A stretch of 53,655 nucleotides of DNA from positions 1-53,655 of the IMG/VR virus record IMGVR_UViG_643348545_000009; one strand, 5' to 3'. A model generated the notes under the pieces. The model saw only the letters and a program-made list of their open reading frames with translations. It had not been told where the DNA came from and did no database searches. The DNA comes from a virus (Duplodnaviria; Heunggongvirae; Uroviricota; Caudoviricetes). Both the position numbers and the translations under genes were made by a program. Shown here in pieces: positions 1-11,079 of the stretch. The stretch's first letter is position 1, and each line of letters starts with the position of its first letter.

Positions 1-91
1 TCCCCGGTTTCCCTGTCTTTTCCCGGACAGCAGTCAACAGTGACGCCTGCCCGGATATCTGTTAACGAATCTGACGAATACTGCCGCCAGA

Positions 92-274
92 TTACTGAAG
101 CAACACAGCTGCCGCGGTAAAAAGAGCCACCACCCCACCCAGCCACACAAACAACATGAAACACATTGCGCCTGTGGTGTAACGCTTTCTCCCGTATCTC
201 CGGTCTCTGTCTTTGTTCATCATCTGCACCTTCTGAATCATCAGAAGATGCCGCGCATCCGGCAGGACCGCCAT
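92..274 (-). CDS. Small hypothetical membrane protein, translationally coupled to upstream regulator
   Basis: 60-aa ORF with hydrophobic C-terminus (MCFMLFVWLGGVVALFTAAAVLL); its ATG overlaps the stop of the 274..744 ORF in an ATGA arrangement. Confidence 0.2.
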   Translation of the reverse strand: MAVLPDARHLLMIQKVQMMNKDRDRRYGRKRYTTGAMCFMLFVWLGGVVALFTAAAVLLQ

Positions 275-744
275 CAGGCACCAACAAGCCGTCTGACACT
301 CACACCATACAGCCCGTTTTTCGCCATTCCCGTATACAGAAAGGTATTCACCGTCTTTGTGTTAATACCCATTTCACTGGCAAGGCGACAGGGTCTCGAC
401 TGGCGGTAGACATAACCGAACATCACCACCATCTCTGACATCGTCAGCGGGCGGGCAGCACTGTTATACGTCCAGACGCCGTTGTGTATGGCATCACTTA
501 TCTGCTCACCATCACGAAGCAACTCCGCATCCAGTTGCAGAAAATGACGCCCCTGGAACATACACCGCATCAGCCTGCCCAGCAGGCCATCACTGATTAT
601 CAGCCAGGATTCGTCAAAGTCCGGGATATAACGGCGGTTCTCCGGCAGGAAAAACTCCCTCGCCAGTATCACACTGTGTTCCTTCAGCAACTGTTGCAGT
701 CCATATTCCAGGTAGCGGTTCCTTGTGGCCAGAATTACCTTCAT
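274..744 (-). CDS. LuxR-type helix-turn-helix transcriptional regulator (no recognisable receiver domain)
   Basis: 156-aa ORF; C-terminal segment LTMSEMVVMFGYVYRQSRPCRLASEMGINTKTVNTFLYTGMAKNGL fits the LuxR/GerE HTH pattern; ATG at 742-744 preceded by GGAAGG. Confidence 0.5.
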   Translation of the reverse strand: MKVILATRNRYLEYGLQQLLKEHSVILAREFFLPENRRYIPDFDESWLIISDGLLGRLMRCMFQGRHFLQLDAELLRDGEQISDAIHNGVWTYNSAARPLTMSEMVVMFGYVYRQSRPCRLASEMGINTKTVNTFLYTGMAKNGLYGVSVRRLVGA

Positions 745-831
745 CGCAGCACCTTCCTGTTTTTATGCCCCATGAAAAACGGCAGACCAGAGTCCTGCGC
801 CTGCCGTCATACTTCATGTCACCTTCAGCAA

Positions 832-2016
832 TTAAAACTCGAAGTTCACACCAACGTTCCAGGAGGCATCGCCATCACTGAATGCCACGCCTGCTTTCGC
901 TGCGGTCTGCTCGTTGAAGCGGTAACCCACACCCACCGCCAGTGCCTGCTGGTCGCTGTAACCACCAACCGCTGCCGTGGCGTTGAATTTACCCACACTG
1001 TACGGCTGGAACAGACCTGTCAGGGCCGCAGACTGTGCTGCTGCACGCTTCATTTCCTTGTGGTTTTCATTAATCTGGCGCTGCTGGCTGTCCAGACGTG
1101 CTGAATGTTGCTGCAGCGTACGGGTATTGGCTGCAATCGCCTTGCTGTTTTTCTCAATGGATTGCGTGTTACGGGTGACACGGCCATCAATGGCACCAAC
1201 TGCTGCATCAATACGGTCAGTACGACCAGACAGGGCCACCAGACCATCGTTAACAGAAATGGTGTTCTTTGCACCTTCTGCACGGGTCAGGGTGCCATCA
1301 GAACTCACACCAACCAGTGTGCGGGATTCGACTTTTGCAGCTGTTGCAGCAGCCGCAGCATCAATCTTGTCGGTACGCGTGGTCAGTTTACCAAGATTTT
1401 GCTTCTGCGCTTCAAGCTCGCCTTTCTGAGCATCAAGCTCATTCGCAACAATGGTGGAGTGGGCGGCCTCCCCTGCCAGATAGCGCTGTAAAGACATGTG
1501 TTCTTCTATTTCACTCGGATCTGCTGCCACATTTCCATACTTATCCAGGCCGACGTTGGTTTTCATCTGCTGGATTGCTGAAACGCGGTTGTACAGGTCA
1601 CGGATATTCTGTTCTGTCAGAAAAACTCCATCATTCTTACGCGCCAACAGTTTATCTTTCCCTGATGCCGCAGTCTTCATAAAATCATGAAGCTCTTTAT
1701 CATAAACAGTAAATGTTGTCGAACCATCCGCAGAGGTAATTGTAACATTACCATTGACATCTATTTTACTTAGCGCCTGAATCGTTTCCCCCCTCTGCGA
1801 TGCTATACTTCCGTCCTGCCCCCATTTTATATAAGCCGTTTTTGTAGCACCATCAAAATATATCCCATACATAGAACCTGAATTACCGTTTTCCGTTTTT
1901 AGCGCAGAATAATCCCCCGTAGCATCCTGTGTATCCTGTGCAAACGATACACAAGGAACAAACAGCGCTGAAAAAACTGCCGCAGACAAAACAGCCTTTG
2001 TAAACTTCTTGCTCAT
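832..2016 (-). CDS. Trimeric autotransporter adhesin with YadA-like C-terminal anchor; Eib-like (immunoglobulin-binding protein) prophage cargo candidate
   Basis: 394-aa ORF; signal peptide [26 protein letters not shown]; long coiled-coil stalk; C-terminus ...[33 protein letters not shown] typical of YadA/Eib beta-barrel anchors; lies just outside the tail fibre genes. Confidence 0.7.
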   Translation of the reverse strand: MSKKFTKAVLSAAVFSALFVPCVSFAQDTQDATGDYSALKTENGNSGSMYGIYFDGATKTAYIKWGQDGSIASQRGETIQALSKIDVNGNVTITSADGSTTFTVYDKELHDFMKTAASGKDKLLARKNDGVFLTEQNIRDLYNRVSAIQQMKTNVGLDKYGNVAADPSEIEEHMSLQRYLAGEAAHSTIVANELDAQKGELEAQKQNLGKLTTRTDKIDAAAAATAAKVESRTLVGVSSDGTLTRAEGAKNTISVNDGLVALSGRTDRIDAAVGAIDGRVTRNTQSIEKNSKAIAANTRTLQQHSARLDSQQRQINENHKEMKRAAAQSAALTGLFQPYSVGKFNATAAVGGYSDQQALAVGVGYRFNEQTAAKAGVAFSDGDASWNVGVNFEF

Positions 2017-2672
2017 GTGGTATACCCTATAAAATTATCTGTATACAAATAAAACAGTTCAACATCGGATATATAAAGAAAATCTGATGTCTCGCCGCTC
2101 TCATGAGCTTACTCCTGAAGAAATTCCGAATTTTAATATAAAGTTTTTCGGAATTTCCTTACTATAACGTCGGTGATATCACGTTCGCGAAGGGGTATCC
2201 GCATTACGACTGGCCTGCCACTTATGCTGTCTCTTTATTCATCAACAATTTGTATACGGTTACATATTTAATTGTGAAGTCAGTCACAAAAAGAAGAAAG
2301 TCAAATAATCAAATTGTGCTTAACTGTTTACATCAGCACAATCTGATGACCATTGAAGGACGCACTAAATTATTTTCAGCAATCCCTCAGCCTACGAAAA
2401 TTCTGTATTTGATGATTGTTTTATTTGCTCTCTTTTTATGCAGCCATTCTGTTGCTTATAAAAAAGCACCACTATCCGCGCCCTCATCTCAATATCTTTG
2501 TCGCCGGATAAAAATAACTATCAACCACAAGTATCATGCTCTCGGGGAGCGCGCACTCCCCCACTTTTTTTATCCCTGACAGGGTCAGGAGGCCGTTGCA
2601 TCTCCTTTAATTATCATTGCCAGATTATTTCCTCGACCTGAGTATTCTTTATTTAGCCATAGCTTTGTAGCA

Positions 2673-2697
2673 AGGGGCTGGAGCGCCCCTCTTTTTT
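2673..2697 (+). terminator. Intrinsic terminator-like hairpin plus T7 run on plus strand, abutting tfa 3' end
   Basis: AGGGGC-TGGAGC-GCCCCT followed by CTTTTTTT; reverse complement lacks a U-tract. Confidence 0.35.
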
Positions 2698-3276
2698 TCA
2701 CCTGTCAGCCATGCCGACCTTATACGCCAGTATAGCTTCCGCATCATCCAGCGCTTCAATCTCTTTTTTCATCGTGCGCTGTCTGACATGAATTTCCAGA
2801 CCTTTGGTAAACATCGCCTGCTCTGCAGCAGCACTCAGAGCAATCAGTGTTTCAGCGTCCATCGGTACGTCATTATTGTCCGCATCCGTCCAGAAAAACG
2901 CCTCCGGCAGTATTCCTGCTTTCGCGGCAGCCACTGACGGCTCAAGACGCGCCTGTGTCTGTTTGCCGTAGTCCCATTTACGCCCATTGTGCTCAAACGT
3001 GTAGTTCGCCGCTTCCATCGCATTACGCCAGGCGTTGATCCCGGCGGTTTTGAGTTCTCTGGCTTTTTCCGGGCTGATGGATGGCTGTACATATTCTGCA
3101 ATTTCACCGGCCTCTCCTCTCAGACAAGCGGCATAAATATCCCGCCCGTATGCTTCGGTATCGCTGGCTGTTGCAGTGAAAGGAACCGCCTGCTCAATGT
3201 GCTCAAACTTCACCATGCAATTGACAGCAGTGTGCTCTTTATCTGCCCATTGCGGATTGCTTATTTTTTTCCACAT
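2698..3276 (-). CDS. tfa: Tail fibre assembly protein (Tfa)
   Basis: 192-aa ORF immediately downstream of stf; sequence pattern typical of lambdoid tail fibre assembly chaperones; ATG at 3274-3276. Confidence 0.85.
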   Translation of the reverse strand: MWKKISNPQWADKEHTAVNCMVKFEHIEQAVPFTATASDTEAYGRDIYAACLRGEAGEIAEYVQPSISPEKARELKTAGINAWRNAMEAANYTFEHNGRKWDYGKQTQARLEPSVAAAKAGILPEAFFWTDADNNDVPMDAETLIALSAAAEQAMFTKGLEIHVRQRTMKKEIEALDDAEAILAYKVGMADR

Positions 3277-3296
3277 TCATGTTCATCTCCTGTCTG

Positions 3297-4778
3297 TCAG
3301 TATGCGCGCTGGAACAGCCCGATGCCTTCATTGTCATTTGTCGACGTAATTTCATTACACACCATCCATGACCCCGGAACTGAGGATAGGTTGCCGTCAA
3401 TGCCATCGGTGTTAGCTTTCATATAGTTTCCGTTTTCGTCTTTGATTAGGGCGCATCGCTTAAGGCGTGAACCCGATACAGTTTCTCCTGGCTGATAGGT
3501 TCTGCCGATGTCGGTTATATACGGGCCTAGTGCGGCAATAATGTATGTTCCGATGCTGTAAATTTCCCCGGGTACCAGCCTTCCGGTTGGCCCTTGTGGT
3601 CCCTGTGGTCCCTGTGGTCCGGTTTTACCATCCAACCCGGGCGGTCCCATCGGCCCTCGCCCTCCGGCAGGGCCCCGTGGCCCCGGAACACCCTGCGCCC
3701 CCGCTGGTCCCCTTTCACCTCGTGGCCCTGCCGGACCTGCCTTACCTTCCGCTCCGGCGGTACCATCCTTTCCTGCGGGGCCTGCATCACCTTTGGGACC
3801 AGCTGCACCAGCCGGTCCCCGTGGGCCTGCGGGCCCCACTGCACCAGGTGCGCCAGGTTCCCCCCTGTCCCCCTTCGGTCCGGGGACTGCTGCCCGGGTT
3901 GCTGCCTCTTCTGCCTTCGTTTTTGCTGCCTGCACTTCTGCCATTACCGCTTTCACAGCCTTTGGGGTTGCCGCTTTTGTTTCATCATCGCTGTTGGTAT
4001 CGCTGCTCAGCTGTACAACACCTTTCTGTGATGTGCTGGCATCCGGAACACTGGCGACACTGCCTGCGGGACCCGCAGGACCTGTTGCGCCGGGTTCACC
4101 TTTATCCCCTTTCGGGCCGGTTTGCCCTGCCGGACCCTGTGGTCCGGGTGGTCCGGGTGGTCCGGCCTCTCCACGTGGGCCGGTGTCACCTTTCGGCCCC
4201 GGCGGTCCGCCCGGGTCACCTTTATCGCCCTTCGGTCCCTGTGGACCTGTTTCTCCCCGTTCTCCCTTTGGCCCCGGCTCACCTTTTGGTCCGACCGCCC
4301 CCGTTGCCCCGGCTGGTCCCTGTGGCCCTGTGGCACCCTGTGGACCTGTGTCCCCCTTCTCGCCCGCCGGTCCCCGGGCATTCTCTGCCCGTTTCTTCGC
4401 TTCCTCTGCACTCGCCGCCGACGCTTCAGCACGCTTCAGGATTTCCGCTGCCACCGCTTCCAGCTCTGCAAGCGCTTTCGGGTAATACTGCGCCTCATCC
4501 TGTTCCATCAGAAATTTATTCAGCGTTCCCGGCTCAGAATCCGCCTTCACCAGAATGTCACCCACATACGACGGGGCGTACCCTTCCGTGTTCAGCGTCA
4601 CCCGGTACCACCCCGGCTCCACATCAAAACTGTAACTGCCGGTTTCCCCCGGCTGCCCCTGCGCCACCGTGGTGACTATCACTGTCTCTGTGGTGCGTCG
4701 CGCTTTCAGCTCTATGGTGCATCCCGGCACCGGCTTCCCGGTGCCGTCCTTCAGCACGCCCGATATTCTGACTGTCAT
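3297..4778 (-). CDS. stf: Side tail fibre protein (Stf) with collagen-like Gly-X-Y repeats
   Basis: 493-aa ORF; conserved phage tail fibre N-terminal region, then long runs of GPxGxxG collagen-like triplets; ATG at 4776-4778. Confidence 0.85.
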   Translation of the reverse strand: MTVRISGVLKDGTGKPVPGCTIELKARRTTETVIVTTVAQGQPGETGSYSFDVEPGWYRVTLNTEGYAPSYVGDILVKADSEPGTLNKFLMEQDEAQYYPKALAELEAVAAEILKRAEASAASAEEAKKRAENARGPAGEKGDTGPQGATGPQGPAGATGAVGPKGEPGPKGERGETGPQGPKGDKGDPGGPPGPKGDTGPRGEAGPPGPPGPQGPAGQTGPKGDKGEPGATGPAGPAGSVASVPDASTSQKGVVQLSSDTNSDDETKAATPKAVKAVMAEVQAAKTKAEEAATRAAVPGPKGDRGEPGAPGAVGPAGPRGPAGAAGPKGDAGPAGKDGTAGAEGKAGPAGPRGERGPAGAQGVPGPRGPAGGRGPMGPPGLDGKTGPQGPQGPQGPTGRLVPGEIYSIGTYIIAALGPYITDIGRTYQPGETVSGSRLKRCALIKDENGNYMKANTDGIDGNLSSVPGSWMVCNEITSTNDNEGIGLFQRAY

Positions 4779-4962
4779 AGATTTCTCCCATAAAAAAAAC
4801 CGCAGTACCGGTTACCCGGTCTGCGATCAGGGGTATAAATTGTGACTGGCTGGTGTTAAAGGGTGCCGTCAGTCAAAGGCACCCGTGGATAATGTACGAT
4901 GTCCGGCTTTTGTCGTTTTCCGGCAATCACGAACAGATGGATGAAACCTCACTATCCACCTG

Positions 4963-7900
4963 TCACGATGCGGTATCAAAATCGTCTGTATAGGATTTCA
5001 GGTAAAACAGAACCGGGTCCGGGATCCGAATTTGACTCGTATCATGAAGTATTGAACCACCCCTGTAAAAAAGCACACCTGCTTCATACCTGAATGTAAT
5101 TTCAACCCGCGCATCACCCTGTCCGGCAGGAATACCCCATGAGCCTGACGCACTTCCGCCAACATCAGAATATACCGGCTCATATCTGCTGGCGTTTTTG
5201 GAAATCTGGACCTCCCGCTCCCCGGTTTTGACTTTGCCTGACCTGGCATGAACGACAACTTTGTCATTTATCTTCATGATGAATTCACCTCTGGAAAATG
5301 AATACGCCATAAGCATAAGCTTGCGATCAAACGGCATGTTGTCTTTCAGCAAAATCATTTTCTGAAAAGTCAGCTGGTTCTGAGTCATTACGCCCTGCCC
5401 CATATCAACCGTGTATCCCTTGACGATATCACCAATGATTCGGTCAGCGCTCATCGTTCCATTAATGGTGCAGTCTTCCGCAATCGTCACGTTATTCAGC
5501 GTACCGGAACTGGCACTGATATTCCCGCTGATATCGGCATTACGGGCCGTCAGCCTGCCGTCCGGCGTCAGGGAGAATGCCGGGGGATTGCCGCCGCTGG
5601 TAATGGTGGGGGCGGTAAGAACCTTTATCAGGGCCTCATTGATAAACGTCTGTCCCCCCTGCGTGACCAGTGCGGGTGTGGTATCACCATTCTCCGGATT
5701 AATGAATGCCACACGGTCCGCTGCCAGCAGTATCTGGCTCTGCATCCCGTCAGGGGTGTTCTCAATACCGGCACCGATACCGGCAATATAGCGACGACCA
5801 TCCTGCATCTGCTGTAGCTTCACCGCCCACATGCTGTTCAGGTCATTATTTGTGTCCGTCTGCACACGCTGGATTTGCTGTATGGTGGCGTTCTGGTCCT
5901 CCAGCGTTTTACTGACCGTCTGCGTGATTTCATTGCGGGTTTCGGTGATGGTGGTCTGCATTTCCGCCATCTCGTCCTTCAGCTGACTGTTGTCAATCTC
6001 TGCCCACAGCGCCTCTGCCAGATGCGTTTTTCCTATCTTTTCCCGGAAAAGTTCCAGATAGCCCGCAGCATCATTGCTCGCCCGTCCACTGGCTTCCACA
6101 AAAGCAGATTTACCCACCAGGTTGACGCTGCGCACATAAAACCAGAAATCCTTTCCGGGCTTAATGTGCGGACCGGAGACACTCCACTGACTGCCGGTCC
6201 CCAGATAACGGGCAGAGGTTTCCACCTGTGCGGCGTCTGCAATTTTTGCCTCCGAAAACCAGAACTCAAACTGCACCGTCGGGTCATAAATGGTCAGTTT
6301 CGGGACTGCCGTTATCTGAAAATACCCCGGCGTCAGTTCAACACCGGCAGGCGCTGCCGGTGCGTTAATCCGGAACGTGGTGGTGGCGGGTTCGCCCTGC
6401 TGGCCATAGCTGTTAATCGCCCTGACCGTCAGGGTGTATTCCCCGAGAGGCAGGCCACTGAAACGGTGCTCCGTATCGGCAGTGATGGCGGTGGTCAGCA
6501 GGCGGCTGTTCTCACCGCTTCCACTGGTCAGGCGCAGACTGAAGCGCACGCCCTTCACCACCCGCGGCGTGTCCCATTTCGCCAGCGCCAGATACTGGCC
6601 GTCAGCTGCGCTCACCTCCACCGTCAGGTGCTGCACTGCCGGTGGGATAACGCTGTTCAGGGTGCCTGACTGCGGCTCAAAGCGGGCTCCGTTATCCACA
6701 ATGGCTTCTTTTTCCGGTACGTGCTGCACCGCCGTGATGGCAAAGGTGCCGTCCGTGTTTTCCCGGATGGCCACACAGCGGAACAGGCGACGGCGCAGTG
6801 ACGGCAGGGAGAGTCCCCACACCCCGTATGTCTCCACACCATCAGGCAGGGTACTGACCTGTATCCGGTCCGGCGCGGGGTGTGCGGTGATGTCCACACT
6901 CACCGGCTTACCGCTGCCGTTAATCAGGTTCACCGTCGATGCACCTGTCCCCGGAAGTGTCACTTCACGGTCCAGCGTCAGGGTGCGGGTGGCAGCATCG
7001 ATGGACAGGACACGTCCGCCGGTCAGGGTCCCGGCATAGTCGTTATCACAGATTTCAATAATGTCACCGGGTGTGTGCCGCAGCCCCTGAGACCCGAGTG
7101 TGAAATCCACCGTCTGCGTTTCCAGCAGTTCGGTCTTTATCACCCACAGCCCGGCACGGTGGGCCTGACCGCGGCTGGTACAGCCGAACGCGTCCATCTT
7201 CAGCAGGTTGCGTCCGTAGCGCAGTATGGCTTCCGGGTCTTCCACCAGTTCCGTGGAGGTCTGCCAGCCGTTCTGCGGGTCGGTGTAATTCACCTCCACC
7301 GCCGTGTGCCGGTCCTTCAGGGCACTGAAGCTGTAGCGGAACCCCACGCCGTTATCATCCACCACCACATCGCTGTTGGTGTACGGCCACACCACATCCG
7401 ACGGGCGGTCCTGAACGAACGTCAGCGTCTGGCCGTTCCATACCGGCATACAGCGCATCGCCGAGCAGAAATCACTGAGAACGTCCCACGCCTTACGCTG
7501 TTGTGCCAGGTACGCATTAAAGGTCATCCGCGGCTCTGTGCCCCCGAATCCATCCGGGACCGTCTGGTCGCAGTACTGCCCGATGGCATACAGCGCCCAC
7601 TTGTCCACATCCGCCGCCCCCAGGCGTTTTCCCATCCCGTAGCGCGGGTGAGTCAGCATGTCCCACAGGCACCAGGCCGGGTTGTTGCTGTATGCCGGTT
7701 TCAGACTGCCGTCCCAGATACCACTGTACGTGCGTTTTTCCGGGTCATAGTTTGACGGCACCTGGATGATGCGACCGCGGATATGGTAGTTCACCGTCAT
7801 CTGCTGGCCGCCGAACTGCTCCGCATCCACCTGCAGCCCCACAATGGCCGTGTTCGGGTAGCACTGTTTCACATCGATGATTTCGGTGTATGACGACCAG

Positions 7901-8493
7901 AGCGTCTTATTCTGCAGCTGGTCCGTGGTGCTGTCCGCCGTCTCCCTGACCATCCGGATGTTAAAGGGGCGGGGAGGCAGATTATCCAGAATCACCGACG
8001 CAAGGAACTGTGAGGTGGTCTTGCCGTTAATGGTGACATCCTTTTCCGTCACCCAGTTACCGTTACGCAGTAACTGAATCAGCAGACGGACAGAGGACGG
8101 ATTACGGTCACCCTTTGACGTGGTCTCCACCAGTGACTGCACCCCGAAGGTCACCCGCAGGCGGTCAATGTTCGCTGACGTAATGGTGCGTGTCACCGGT
8201 TTTGCCCTGGTCACTTCCACACCCAGTACAGTTTCAGAGCCGGAGGACTCAAAGCCTTCCGGTGGTGTCTGCTCCTGCTCCCCGGCGCGCCAGACCGCGG
8301 TCACACCGTGTATCACGGGATTACCGTCCGTGTCCGTCAGCGGGGTTTTGTTCACCAGAATACTCTGCAGGCCTTTCACCGGACCTTCAATGGGTCCCTC
8401 ACCAATCGCATCAATCACGCTCATCATCTGCGTGGATTTGAGGTTGTCTTTCGCCTCACGCGGTGTGTGCGCCCTGCCGCCACCTTTGCCCAT
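4963..8493 (-). CDS. J: Tail tip / host specificity protein J
   Basis: 1176-aa ORF; N-terminus and overall size match lambda J family; follows I in lambda order. Confidence 0.9.
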   Translation of the reverse strand: MGKGGGRAHTPREAKDNLKSTQMMSVIDAIGEGPIEGPVKGLQSILVNKTPLTDTDGNPVIHGVTAVWRAGEQEQTPPEGFESSGSETVLGVEVTRAKPVTRTITSANIDRLRVTFGVQSLVETTSKGDRNPSSVRLLIQLLRNGNWVTEKDVTINGKTTSQFLASVILDNLPPRPFNIRMVRETADSTTDQLQNKTLWSSYTEIIDVKQCYPNTAIVGLQVDAEQFGGQQMTVNYHIRGRIIQVPSNYDPEKRTYSGIWDGSLKPAYSNNPAWCLWDMLTHPRYGMGKRLGAADVDKWALYAIGQYCDQTVPDGFGGTEPRMTFNAYLAQQRKAWDVLSDFCSAMRCMPVWNGQTLTFVQDRPSDVVWPYTNSDVVVDDNGVGFRYSFSALKDRHTAVEVNYTDPQNGWQTSTELVEDPEAILRYGRNLLKMDAFGCTSRGQAHRAGLWVIKTELLETQTVDFTLGSQGLRHTPGDIIEICDNDYAGTLTGGRVLSIDAATRTLTLDREVTLPGTGASTVNLINGSGKPVSVDITAHPAPDRIQVSTLPDGVETYGVWGLSLPSLRRRLFRCVAIRENTDGTFAITAVQHVPEKEAIVDNGARFEPQSGTLNSVIPPAVQHLTVEVSAADGQYLALAKWDTPRVVKGVRFSLRLTSGSGENSRLLTTAITADTEHRFSGLPLGEYTLTVRAINSYGQQGEPATTTFRINAPAAPAGVELTPGYFQITAVPKLTIYDPTVQFEFWFSEAKIADAAQVETSARYLGTGSQWSVSGPHIKPGKDFWFYVRSVNLVGKSAFVEASGRASNDAAGYLELFREKIGKTHLAEALWAEIDNSQLKDEMAEMQTTITETRNEITQTVSKTLEDQNATIQQIQRVQTDTNNDLNSMWAVKLQQMQDGRRYIAGIGAGIENTPDGMQSQILLAADRVAFINPENGDTTPALVTQGGQTFINEALIKVLTAPTITSGGNPPAFSLTPDGRLTARNADISGNISASSGTLNNVTIAEDCTINGTMSADRIIGDIVKGYTVDMGQGVMTQNQLTFQKMILLKDNMPFDRKLMLMAYSFSRGEFIMKINDKVVVHARSGKVKTGEREVQISKNASRYEPVYSDVGGSASGSWGIPAGQGDARVEITFRYEAGVLFYRGGSILHDTSQIRIPDPVLFYLKSYTDDFDTAS

Positions 8494-8732
8494 TACATCA
8501 CCTCTTACCGTGATAATTGTTCACTCACAAAAACAACAGGCACCTCACCGGGTGCCTGCGTCATGACGGAATAAAATTTCTGAATATCTTCACATTTTCA
8601 CACACTGACTGTGGCGCTTATAATTTCGCTGCGTTAGTTTTTTTTGCCCGAGTAACAAAAACAACTCCTTAACATTAATCTTCATTTGTCTGTCCCCGCA
8701 GCTCCGCGATCACTGCGGGATTTTTTTATGTT

Positions 8733-9413
8733 TTATCCCTGTCGACCAATAACCACCACCTTTCCGCCCCCGCCTTCATCACGGGTGCTGATGTCCTGAG
8801 AGATACGTCGTGAACCAACCAGCATTTCCCCGTAAGGCACCGGCATCGGGTTGCCCTGGGCAATCATGTTATCCAGTGAGGAAAAATACGTGTTCTGTTT
8901 ACCGTTATCCGTTGCCCGGTAATCCGGTGTCTTTGCCTTCGGGGCAAGCATCTGCGCCACACCACCCAGAATCATGCTGGCACCCAGTGAAAACAGCATC
9001 GTGGTGGCAGAAAAACCACCGGCTGCCAGGGCTGAACCCCATAACGCCATTGATGCCCCGGCCGTGAAGAAAGACCCCACAATGGCAGCTGCCCCCAGCA
9101 CAATCTGTAGTCCGCCCTTTCCGGCTCCGGCCAGTCGCGGCACAATATGGATAACCGTTCCCTCACCCAGTGGTTCGTGAAGGCGGGCATACACCGCCTC
9201 CGGTGCCGTATCCTCACCGGCAATGCGTATCTGGTACCAGCCTTCGTTCATCTGACGGCGGAATCCCGGCACCTGCTGCGACAGGGCGCGGATGGCTTCC
9301 GCCGCCGTGTTCACATACAGGCTGAAGCGGCGGCCAAATCGTTGTAAATCCCCGTGAAGGCAGATGTGTGCCAGTGGCGGTGACGCCAGACAGAATGCGT
9401 TCGTCGTTGCCAT
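8733..9413 (-). CDS. I: Tail assembly protein I
   Basis: 226 aa; near-colinear with lambda gpI as recalled (…ICLxGDLQRFGRR…, C-terminal …NGKQNTYFSSLDNM.AQGN..PV.YGE…). Confidence 0.9.
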   Translation of the reverse strand: MATTNAFCLASPPLAHICLHGDLQRFGRRFSLYVNTAAEAIRALSQQVPGFRRQMNEGWYQIRIAGEDTAPEAVYARLHEPLGEGTVIHIVPRLAGAGKGGLQIVLGAAAIVGSFFTAGASMALWGSALAAGGFSATTMLFSLGASMILGGVAQMLAPKAKTPDYRATDNGKQNTYFSSLDNMIAQGNPMPVPYGEMLVGSRRISQDISTRDEGGGGKVVVIGRQG

Positions 9414-10048
9414 TTTTCGGAATACCTCTCCCGTTTACTCAGTTGTTCAGGCAGATGGTGAAGCAGTTCACCGTTGCCGCAGTAAATGGCGGCATGATTA
9501 GCCACCGATGCGCCGAAGCAGCACAGCAGGATATCGCCCGGCAGTGCAGAGGACAGGGGCACCCGGTAAAAGCCCGTTGCCTCCATATTGTCCAGGTAAA
9601 GGTTCTGACCGTTGCACCACCAGTCATCCTCACGGTGAAAATCCGGCATATCAATGCCTGCCAGATGGTATGCATCCCGGAACAGCGTGTAACAGTCCGT
9701 CACCCCGTGCGCAAAGCGCCGTCCGGTCAGGTGCGGAACGCAGCGGAATTTGTGAATGTCACCCCGGCAGACCAGCCACCAGGGCAGGGCACTTTTTATC
9801 TGCAGTCGCCGGTCTGCCTCACTCAGCCAGGGCAGACCACCGGGATGACTGTGGACCAGCGCCACAATCTCACCCTGCATCTCCGCCCGCAGCCAGTCTT
9901 CCGGGGCAATACGAAAATACGCCTCCGGCGCTGCGGAGATATTCACACAGGGCAGGTACCGCTCGCCCTCCGTCGTGGTTATCACGAAGCCGCACGACTC
10001 CGCAGGCGCACACCGCCGGGCATGCGCCAATATATTGCTATAGAGCAT
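9311..10048 (-). CDS. K: Tail assembly protein K (JAB/MPN plus NlpC/P60-like)
   Basis: 245-aa ORF between the inserted ant module and I; HSHPGG motif of JAB/MPN domain; AGGAG upstream of ATG 10048. Confidence 0.85.
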   Translation of the reverse strand: MLYSNILAHARRCAPAESCGFVITTTEGERYLPCVNISAAPEAYFRIAPEDWLRAEMQGEIVALVHSHPGGLPWLSEADRRLQIKSALPWWLVCRGDIHKFRCVPHLTGRRFAHGVTDCYTLFRDAYHLAGIDMPDFHREDDWWCNGQNLYLDNMEATGFYRVPLSSALPGDILLCCFGASVANHAAIYCGNGELLHHLPEQLSKRERYSEKWQRRTHSVWRHRHWHTSAFTGIYNDLAAASACM

Positions 10049-10059
10049 GAGAACTCCTG

Positions 10060-10087
10060 ATAAAAAACCCAGCCGAAGCTGGGTTTG
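10060..10087 (-). terminator. Intrinsic terminator downstream of ant
   Basis: Hairpin AAACCCAGC-CGAA-GCTGGGTTT followed on the minus strand by a U-run. Confidence 0.5.
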
Positions 10088-10102
10088 TTAAGTTGTCAAT
10101 TG

Positions 10103-11017
10103 TCAGTAGCGATGCAGTGAAGGCGGCAACTCTTTGTTCTTAAGCCTTTCCCACGCCAGAAGGTTCGTCGGCCCGTCAGGCTCATAAATATCTATATCCC
10201 GCGTGTGATTAATTAAAACGCCCCTCGCCCTCCCGATGGTATACGAGAACTCATAGCCGTAGTCGTGGCATATGCCGGAATAGCCAGACTGAATCAGTTT
10301 TAATGCGGGATACAACTCACGGAACAATGCCTGTGAGCGGTTAGCATAATCCCATAGCCATACAAGGCTGTTTGCTTCTTTTGCGGAAAGCTCGTTGGTG
10401 CTCTTCTCTTGTTTGCCGATTAACTCTCCTTCAAGCGGAACGCGAGCAGCAAGTGACAGAGCTTCGGTAAACTGCTCCTCGCTGATTTCTTTGTACGAAC
10501 ATCCAAAATGTGATTTCAGTGACGACCACATGGTGATCATCGCCTTCGCCTGTTTTTCCTTTGGCAGAGACTGACCGCGACTCATGACGAGTTGTTTAAT
10601 GGCTTCCTGCTGTTCAGTAGTGATTTTCCCCGGCAACGCCTTTTTAGCTTTCAGTGTATTTCCGTAAGACCCCGTTTTACGAATGGATGGCAAAACTTCA
10701 GCTGTCACCCATTTGCGGAATTTGTGCGGGACTGAACCTTTATTGACGGCATCGCGGCAACGCAGAACCAATGTATACATACCTGATTCGCTCACAATGC
10801 TTAAATTCTGCTCACCACCAAGGGTGTAACTTAAAGTTACTCCCTTTTCATCGTCATCAAGTGCAGTAAGCGCCTTGCGTGAGTTAGTCAGATTTAAAGC
10901 ATCACAAACATCTTTTGCTACAAACCACGGCTCACCGCACTTGTTGATGACGCGGATTTCACTGTCGCCGAATTTGAAGATGGTGAAATCGTTTTGTGCC
11001 TTTGCTATACTTTTCAT
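10103..11017 (-). CDS. ant: Phage antirepressor (Ant; Bro-N N-terminal domain)
   Basis: 304-aa ORF; N-terminal [30 protein letters not shown] resembles Bro-N/antirepressor domain; downstream of an Arc-like gene as in P22 immI. Confidence 0.85.
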   Translation of the reverse strand: MKSIAKAQNDFTIFKFGDSEIRVINKCGEPWFVAKDVCDALNLTNSRKALTALDDDEKGVTLSYTLGGEQNLSIVSESGMYTLVLRCRDAVNKGSVPHKFRKWVTAEVLPSIRKTGSYGNTLKAKKALPGKITTEQQEAIKQLVMSRGQSLPKEKQAKAMITMWSSLKSHFGCSYKEISEEQFTEALSLAARVPLEGELIGKQEKSTNELSAKEANSLVWLWDYANRSQALFRELYPALKLIQSGYSGICHDYGYEFSYTIGRARGVLINHTRDIDIYEPDGPTNLLAWERLKNKELPPSLHRY

Positions 11018-11079
11018 GTCAATATTTCCTAATCCGATTTGTTGATACCGAAGCCCTGACTGTTACAGCAGTTGGGGCT

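Noticed and set aside
2250-2579. 109-aa plus-strand ORF in the intergenic region between the Eib-like gene and tfa
   Set aside because: AT-rich promoter-like DNA, no ribosome-binding site, low-complexity product; the plus-strand terminator nearby is reported separately as a possible sRNA signal.
3545-4793. Several long plus-strand ORFs (376, 230, 223, 145 aa) rich in Pro/Gly/Ala/Arg
   Set aside because: They are antisense or out-of-frame readings of the GC-rich collagen-like repeat region of stf; low-complexity artefacts with no start context.
5411-8574. Multiple plus-strand ORFs (126-291 aa) inside the J gene
   Set aside because: Antisense to a strongly supported 1176-aa tail tip protein; compositions typical of antisense frames of GC-rich coding DNA.
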